Source: Oligoflexus sp.
GTDB lineage: Bacteria; Bdellovibrionota_B; Oligoflexia; Oligoflexales; Oligoflexaceae
DNA length: 12,705 nt
Assembly: GCA_041736305.1 (NCBI GenBank)
Contig: JBGSTX010000039.1
Span: 1-12,705, forward strand
Direction: 5' to 3'
Part shown: piece after piece, positions 7,381 through 12,705 of the stretch
Layout of the letters: each line of letters begins with the position of its first letter
Numbering within the stretch: the first letter of the stretch is position 1
The notes under the pieces: generated by a model
The model's input: the letters and a program-made list of their open reading frames with translations, nothing else
What the model was told of the DNA's origin: nothing
Databases searched by the model: none
Position numbers and translations under genes: made by a program

Positions 7381-7425
7381 AAAAGAAAAAGCGCCGCTCC
7401 TGCAGAAATCTGCATGAACAGCGCT
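7381..7425 (-). terminator. Rho-independent terminator downstream of pstS
   Basis: On the - strand: AGCGCTGTTC-A-TGCAG-ATTT-CTGCA-G-GAGCGGCGCT then TTTTCTTTT. The G-U pairs work only on the - strand. It lies ~60 nt after the pstS stop. Confidence 0.75.
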
Positions 7426-7484
7426 CGGTGCAACACCTTGTAAGAAGCCGTTCTCCTCAGGAGGGGACGCCTTCAAAAAGTCAA

Positions 7485-8300
7485 TCAATCGAGAGTGAAA
7501 AATTCGTTGTCCTGGAGAAGAGGATCAGCGAACGAACGATCCAGCATGTTGCCAAGCAAGGTTGCTTCAGCTGCGCTTGGCTTGACGCTGCCACTGGCTT
7601 CGTAAACATAGAGTTTGCGAGCAAGAGGATAGTTGAAGTTTCTGATCGTGCCTGGAGTTGGTACATAAGCTTTGCCGCCTTCTTTTTTGGCGAGCGAAAG
7701 AGCTTTGTTACCGTCGCGGCCAGCAGAAAGGCCAGCGTAGCCGATTGCGTTCACATTGCTTGACGTGAAGGCAGCAATATCAGAAGTCTCAGATACGACT
7801 TTTACGCAAGAACCAAATTCTTTGATTCCAACCAGAGTCTTGAAAGTGTCGGTGGTACCTGAAGCATCGTTTCTGCGGTAAACAACGATGGCTTGGTTTT
7901 GTCCGCCGACCTGGCTCCAGTTGGTGAGCGTGCAGCTATAGATTTTTTTGACCTGTGCGAGATCAAGAGTTTTGACGCTGTTACCGTCGTTAACGAAGAC
8001 AGCAATTCCATCGAGACCTATTGTGTGCTCGATGACTTTGATGCCTTTGGCTTTAGCCTTGGCCAGAGCTTCATCCTTCATTTCACGAGACATGGGAGCG
8101 ATGCCTTGCTGGCCATTGACCAGAGCGTCTTCGCCTTTGCCAGAACCGCCGCCTTGATAAACCAGTTTTGATTCGAGACCGCTAGCGACGATCACGTCGC
8201 TGACAAAACCAGCTAGCGTGTCAGAACCTTGGATGGATGTTGACTGAGCCATGAGGGGAGAGCTGACGACGAGAGCACCGAGCAAAATCTTGTGAACCAT
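7485..8300 (-). CDS. pstS: PstS-family phosphate ABC transporter substrate-binding protein (271 aa)
   Basis: SD AAGGAG. Sec signal MVHKILLGALVVSSPLMA. Motifs IQGSDT, GGGSGKG, MSR, GLDGIAVFVN, TNWSQVGG, RNDASGT, AIGY, YPLARKLYVY. Confidence 0.92.
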   Translation of the reverse strand: MVHKILLGALVVSSPLMAQSTSIQGSDTLAGFVSDVIVASGLESKLVYQGGGSGKGEDALVNGQQGIAPMSREMKDEALAKAKAKGIKVIEHTIGLDGIAVFVNDGNSVKTLDLAQVKKIYSCTLTNWSQVGGQNQAIVVYRRNDASGTTDTFKTLVGIKEFGSCVKVVSETSDIAAFTSSNVNAIGYAGLSAGRDGNKALSLAKKEGGKAYVPTPGTIRNFNYPLARKLYVYEASGSVKPSAAEATLLGNMLDRSFADPLLQDNEFFTLD

Positions 8301-8332
8301 GAGAGATCTCCTTTTGATCTTTTGATAGTTTC

Positions 8333-8388
8333 TCTATAGGCGAACGATCGGCCGATTTAGAAAAATTTCTGATAAATTTCTCGACAAA
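8333..8388 (-). promoter_or_regulatory. Candidate Pho-box-like 11-bp periodic repeats plus -10 for pstS
   Basis: On the - strand: TTGTCGAGAAAT TTATCAGAAAT TTTTCTAAATC, with AGAAATTT copies at 8374-8381 and 8363-8370 (period 11). A TATAGA -10-like hexamer follows at 8338-8333. Confidence 0.35.
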
Positions 8389-8391
8389 AAT

Positions 8392-11112
8392 TCAAGGCGT
8401 AAACTGTTTTTCGCATTCTGTCTGTGGATAGGTCTGCTGACCTTTCGCAACTTTGCTGCGCACATAGTCATAAATGGTCCAGCCCGCGTTAGTGGCAGCT
8501 TTTTGTAGCCACTTCTCGAGTGCCTTAGGATTAACTGGTTCTCCGGTCTCCTCGTCATACTGCAGGCGAGGATCGCTAGGCTTGAGGTTTTGATAGCTAC
8601 AGACCTCGTTGAAAATTTCATAGTCGCGGAAATATGGTTTTGCAGCTTTGGCGTTGCTAGGGATCTGTCGTGCGCAGCGATCCATGATGGTCTTGAGCAT
8701 CTGCGCTTTGTTGCTGCCGAGCAGCTCGGCGACCTGCGGCGGCGGATTCATTTTGGTGCCTTCGAGGGCCATCCAGATGAAATAGTTGCCGCTCAGGTCT
8801 TCTGTTTCGCCTCGTGGGCTGATGCGTTCAAACTCAGCTAAGTTTGCACCCTCGTTGCCGAAGAGGCCGGCTTTGAAGTTGGCGACGCGTATCTGCCCAC
8901 CTGACCACTTTTTGAGATTCTGCGCCATAGGTCCATCGGCTTCGCCGAGACGACCGTGACATTTCACACAGGTGATGTTGTAGAAGTAGGCTCCTGGCTG
9001 CGTCCAGTAGAGCTGGCCAGCAGGCTTAGAGAAGCTGCCATCTGGCTTTTTCATCCAGTCTTTGATCTCGCTGCTCGCTAGTTCTCTTTCAGGAAACTTG
9101 CATTCAGGCTTCTCCTGCCACCAGTCAACCGCATAGGCCTTTTCGGAAATCTTGTGCAGCTGAGAATCGAAGGTCAAGTCGTAGTACCAAGGCGCCATGC
9201 CATTTGTCGGATCGTTCCAATCTTCGCGACGCGGCTTGTAGGGACCGCTCGGTTCGGTGGGATCATCTTCTACGATCGGGGCATCGGCTAGCGAGTAATC
9301 ATCGTCCTGAGTACACTTCGTAGCCGAAGCAAAAGAATTTATTTGGCTCTGATCCTGCATCGGATCAAAAGTTTTGATCCAGCGAGAAAAGAGGTCGACC
9401 GCGCGGCAATCAGGGCCACCCGTGCTGTGCAAGGGCATGCGAGCTTCTAGCTTGAGCTCTTCATCAGTTGCGGCGAGCCGGTGGAAGAGGTAGCTCTGAT
9501 CAAGTTGACCTTCATGATGCACGAGTTTCCTGTTTTCAAACTGAGTGGAAGCCATGAACGTATCAAAATTGATGATGCGGCCTGCGCTCATATCGAGTTT
9601 GACATCGGAGTCGGTCTTGGCAAAGCCGTTAGGATTGTGGCAGGACGCACAGTTGCCGAGGGCATAGCCTTGCGCCCGCAGCGTATGCTCGTTGAGAGGA
9701 CGAGCTGAAGGGAAATTCTCGAGCTTTGGTAGTTTCGCGGCATCTTCGACCGAGATCAGGCCGTGTTTGACAAAATTTTCAATTTGTTTCAGCTCGTCTT
9801 TACCCACGGCAATGTCGCGAGCCGCTTCCCCGAGATTGCGTCGATTGACTTGCAAAGGAGTAAAGCCAAGAACGAAACTCTCGTCGACTCCACCCTGGTG
9901 GCACTGCTCACAGCGGTGGCGTGCAGGGACCAGATAGCTTCGCTTACTGCCAGTCTCTTGGTTAAAATCGAGCGAGAGAACTAGGTCCTTCCAAGGCGTA
10001 CCATCTCGATAGGGAGTGGTCAGGAGTTCGGCATCCGTAGCGTTATCGCGCCAAACGTAGGTTCCATAAAGAGGTTTCTTAGGAGGATAACGAACCACGA
10101 TCAGACGGGTCTCCACCGGACGATAGCGCACGATGCCATCGCTTTCCTTGACGCCGCGGTAGAAAGTTTTATAGAAGCGAGTGTTTTCTGGGACTACGAA
10201 ATTGGATTCTCCTTCATTGCTGCCAGGCTTCAGCGTAAGGGCTTCGGGCTTACCACTGCCGTCTTTTTTTGCCGGCAAGTGAATGTGCCGCAATTTTCGT
10301 GCATGGTCGTTCCACAGAGGATACTCGACGTTATAGGAGTAAGTACCTTTGGCAGCTAGAGTAGGACTATCCATGCTTACGAGGTCGGTGCCGCTGAGCA
10401 GTGCAGGCAGCGCGTCGCTCGCTTCGAATTTTTCATCCGCTGCAGCGTCGATGCCCCCCTCTTCGGTTTCCGGTAGGCAGTTGCCTAGATCGGTCATCTG
10501 TTGCTCGGCTAGCTCGCCCCACATGCTCGGGTAAGCCTGGCTCTGGGCGGATCCTTCGGCATTTTCTGCCTTGCCTGAACTTATCCAAGCATCGAGCCGA
10601 CGGCCGAGGTCTTCGTAAGCTGCGGGGTTCAGCGAGCGAATACTCTCAGGTGGCATGCGGCCGCTGACGATGGCGTCCCGCATTTTCTCAGCTGACGAAG
10701 CGAAGCCGGGGCTCAGCTTCGGGCTGCCGTCAATCACGAGCTCGCGATCGGCGAAGCTCGAACTATAGGAAAAGCCCCCAAGGTTCGCAGCCGGTGCTTG
10801 ATGACAGCCTGCGCAGGAGCTGTCGATATCTCGCTTAATATCAGCAAAGCTCGGGCCCTGGGCGGCTGCGCCGCTTGGTTTAGCCAAGGTGAAAGTTTGG
10901 TAGCTCTCAGGAAGAGCGCAGGGACGGGTGTTCGAAAGATTTGGGCCGGCACCGCCTTCTGTGAGCTGTTCCGGCTCAGGGACTGCGGGCTCATTTCCGG
11001 ATTTCTTCTCTTTGGATTTGAGGCAGGCACTGAGCGATACCGTGACGAAAAGCATGAGCAGAATAAGCGGCCGAGACCAGCTTCTCCGACGGATGCTTGG
11101 ACAAACAAACAT
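8392..11112 (-). CDS. Tetraheme c-type cytochrome lipoprotein with SO2930-like diheme core (906 aa)
   Basis: SD GGAGG lies 6 nt before ATG 11112, which is a better start than TTG 11181. Lipobox ...LLMLFVTVSLSA-C. CxxCH at 10801-10815 (CAGCH), 9898-9912 (CEQCH), 9637-9651 (CASCH) and 8956-8970 (CVKCH). RMPP, RMPL and KMNPP provide candidate distal Met ligands. YPLWNDHARKLRHI, FYKTF, VETRLIV, YVW and GY..GNCASCHNP match the SO2930/HNE_0200 diheme family pattern. Confidence 0.88.
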   Translation of the reverse strand: MFVCPSIRRRSWSRPLILLMLFVTVSLSACLKSKEKKSGNEPAVPEPEQLTEGGAGPNLSNTRPCALPESYQTFTLAKPSGAAAQGPSFADIKRDIDSSCAGCHQAPAANLGGFSYSSSFADRELVIDGSPKLSPGFASSAEKMRDAIVSGRMPPESIRSLNPAAYEDLGRRLDAWISSGKAENAEGSAQSQAYPSMWGELAEQQMTDLGNCLPETEEGGIDAAADEKFEASDALPALLSGTDLVSMDSPTLAAKGTYSYNVEYPLWNDHARKLRHIHLPAKKDGSGKPEALTLKPGSNEGESNFVVPENTRFYKTFYRGVKESDGIVRYRPVETRLIVVRYPPKKPLYGTYVWRDNATDAELLTTPYRDGTPWKDLVLSLDFNQETGSKRSYLVPARHRCEQCHQGGVDESFVLGFTPLQVNRRNLGEAARDIAVGKDELKQIENFVKHGLISVEDAAKLPKLENFPSARPLNEHTLRAQGYALGNCASCHNPNGFAKTDSDVKLDMSAGRIINFDTFMASTQFENRKLVHHEGQLDQSYLFHRLAATDEELKLEARMPLHSTGGPDCRAVDLFSRWIKTFDPMQDQSQINSFASATKCTQDDDYSLADAPIVEDDPTEPSGPYKPRREDWNDPTNGMAPWYYDLTFDSQLHKISEKAYAVDWWQEKPECKFPERELASSEIKDWMKKPDGSFSKPAGQLYWTQPGAYFYNITCVKCHGRLGEADGPMAQNLKKWSGGQIRVANFKAGLFGNEGANLAEFERISPRGETEDLSGNYFIWMALEGTKMNPPPQVAELLGSNKAQMLKTIMDRCARQIPSNAKAAKPYFRDYEIFNEVCSYQNLKPSDPRLQYDEETGEPVNPKALEKWLQKAATNAGWTIYDYVRSKVAKGQQTYPQTECEKQFTP

Positions 11113-11194
11113 AGCCTTCCTCCTAGGGACAGGGCGTTTTAGATTCGGAGACGTTATAGGCGTGGGGGCTGCAAGGCTCAAATGAATTGACCGT

Positions 11195-11213
11195 GAATCT
11201 TTTGTGAAGATTC
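11195..11213. promoter_or_regulatory. Palindrome GAATCTT-N5-AAGATTC in the divergent promoter region
   Basis: Perfect 7-bp arms at 11195-11201 and 11207-11213, between the divergent cytochrome and epimerase genes. Confidence 0.35.
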
Positions 11214-11257
11214 TGCGGAACTTAGCTTGGGAGGAGGGTGACGTTACTCAAATACTC

Positions 11258-11286
11258 CTGAAAAGCGGCTTAAGCTAGGCTAGAAT
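11258..11286 (+). promoter_or_regulatory. Candidate sigma70 promoter for the epimerase
   Basis: -35 CTGAAA (11258-11263), 17-bp spacer, -10 TAGAAT (11281-11286), then SD GGGAGG at 11313-11318. Confidence 0.45.
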
Positions 11287-11322
11287 GAGTCATAACAAAG
11301 GTCCCACCCGCTGGGAGGTTTT

Positions 11323-12471
11323 ATGCCGAAAATGCAAGAGAAGGCCGGTTCTCTAGTCTCAGGTGGCGTCCGCTGCCTCTCCATTCCCATTCATGTACCC
11401 TTTACAATTTCTCGTGAGTCCTTGGCCGAAGCACAGATTGCTCTGGTAGAACTACAAAACGGTGAAGGGCTGCGAGGGCTCGGGGAGTGCGCCCCCTTTC
11501 CCAGTTTGACCTACGATACGGTAGGAGGAGCTTCTAAGCTGGCTCTGCAAATTCTCGATGAGATTCGCTCACTCGACTCCCAACGTGCCCTAGCTCATCT
11601 ACGAGGATTGCGGGAAGAAATCGTTTCCCAGTCCATAACAGCCTATGTTGGAGTCGAAAGCGCTCTCTGGGATCTCACGGCTCGCGAAGCTGGGGTATCC
11701 CTGGCCTCGCTTTGGGGAGCTGGTCGCGAGAAGGCGCTCAGCACCGACATTACGCTTCCCATAATGGCCCCTGAAGGGGTAGGGGAGTTTTGGGATCTGT
11801 TTGCTGGACACGGCTTTCCTATCGTGAAGGTGAAAGTGTCGGGTCATCTGGAGCAGGATTTGGCCCTCATCGATGCGCTCCTCAGGGTTTTACCGAAAGG
11901 AGTTGAACTGACTTTAGATGGGAATCAAGGCTATGAACTGGACGCGGCTTTGCGTTTGGTCGACGCTCTTGCAGCCAGAGATTGCCGTCCGCTCTTTTTC
12001 GAACAGCCGCTGCCGGAAGACGATCACCAAGGGCTGGCGCGTCTAAGTTCTAAGCTGTCGATTCCTGTTTGCGTGGACGAGACCGTGCGTACGCTCGCCG
12101 ACGCTCAGAAGGTGATAGAAGAGAAACTCGCGCATATGATCAACGTAAAAATAATGAAGTCGGGAATAGAAGAAGCCCTGGCGATCATCGCCTGTGCGCG
12201 CAAGGCGCAGATTCCGCTGATGATCGGCGGTATGCTGGAGAGTGAGGTCGCGGCCGGCATCTCGCTGCAGATGGCTCTCGGAACAGACGCCATAAGTTTT
12301 GCGGATCTCGACACGCCCTTCTTTTTCAAGCAACGTGTCGCCAAAAACAGCGCCTGGGATCAAGCGAATGCGAGGCTTGAAATGCCTAAAGGACCAGGCC
12401 ATGGAATGGAGGCTTTGACAAAAAAGCCTGGAATCCGTGAGGAACCCAGGCTTTCTTCAAAAGATATCTGA
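11323..12471 (+). CDS. Dipeptide epimerase (L-Ala-D/L-Glu epimerase-like, YcjG/YkfB group; enolase superfamily, MLE subgroup; 382 aa)
   Basis: N-terminal PFTISR, GLGECAP and ALWDL. Catalytic KVK. Metal ligands DGNQG, EQP and DE. Second Lys in NVKIMKSG. The DLD motif is diagnostic of dipeptide epimerases. Confidence 0.93.
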   Translation: MPKMQEKAGSLVSGGVRCLSIPIHVPFTISRESLAEAQIALVELQNGEGLRGLGECAPFPSLTYDTVGGASKLALQILDEIRSLDSQRALAHLRGLREEIVSQSITAYVGVESALWDLTAREAGVSLASLWGAGREKALSTDITLPIMAPEGVGEFWDLFAGHGFPIVKVKVSGHLEQDLALIDALLRVLPKGVELTLDGNQGYELDAALRLVDALAARDCRPLFFEQPLPEDDHQGLARLSSKLSIPVCVDETVRTLADAQKVIEEKLAHMINVKIMKSGIEEALAIIACARKAQIPLMIGGMLESEVAAGISLQMALGTDAISFADLDTPFFFKQRVAKNSAWDQANARLEMPKGPGHGMEALTKKPGIREEPRLSSKDI

Positions 12472-12479
12472 CGAAGTAC

Positions 12480-12704
12480 TTACTCTGGCGTCCGGTAGTT
12501 GACGAGTTCTGCGTAGATTCCGTCGTGCACATGAGTGGCCTGGGCCGTTGCCAGATCGCTCATCACCTTCTGCGTAGTTTCGGGGTAGCCGTTGTTCTGA
12601 ACCGCGATGTGGATAATCGTGATGAGATGGCTGCCGCCTTGTTGATCACCGATGGTCAGGGTAATCGTGTTGTAGGTCGTGTACTTGTTCTCAGGGCTAC
12701 TCAC
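12480..12704 (-). CDS. C-terminal fragment of an unknown protein (5' truncated by window edge)
   Basis: Frame is open from the window end to TAA at 12480-12482, with gene-like codon usage (third-position C/G). It converges on the epimerase with an 8-bp gap. No motif recognised. Confidence 0.65.
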   Translation of the reverse strand: MSSPENKYTTYNTITLTIGDQQGGSHLITIIHIAVQNNGYPETTQKVMSDLATAQATHVHDGIYAELVNYRTPE

Positions 12705-12705
12705 G

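Noticed and set aside
11083-11097. Tat signal (SIRRRSW) in the cytochrome
   Set aside because: It lacks the RRxFLK consensus, and c-type cytochromes are normally Sec-exported before heme attachment. A basic n-region of a Sec/SPII signal explains it.
11113-11181. TTG start at 11181 for the cytochrome (likewise GTG 1123 and TTG 3423 for the operon genes)
   Set aside because: The downstream ATGs (11112, 1150, 3447) have SD sequences and give proper N-terminal lipoprotein signal peptides.
1059-12402. Numerous antisense and alternate-frame ORFs inside the major CDSs
   Set aside because: These are shadow ORFs of the real genes with no independent motifs.

Overview
Bacterial chromosomal window rich in predicted lipoproteins. 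The gene content suggests Bdellovibrionota/Oligoflexia, but this is inference. In order: (1) the 3' part of an ogt O6-methylguanine methyltransferase; (2) a 700-bp intergenic region holding a ~150-nt rod-like inverted repeat; (3) a two-gene operon encoding a Cys-repeat/Ig-like/LRR lipoprotein and a Phytophthora GP42-type (TGase_elicitor) transglutaminase lipoprotein; (4) a 900-bp intergenic region with a chain of + strand hairpins; (5) a metzincin metalloprotease lipoprotein; (6) an orphan pstS on the - strand; (7) a 906-aa tetraheme c-type cytochrome lipoprotein on the - strand; (8) a dipeptide epimerase; (9) the 3' end of an unknown - strand gene. The best candidate novel system is the adhesin-like Ig/LRR lipoprotein paired with a surface transglutaminase, possibly a covalent cross-linking or attachment module. 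The structured intergenic elements come next. All domain and RNA-structure calls come from motif recognition and base pairing by eye; no searches or folding programs were run.
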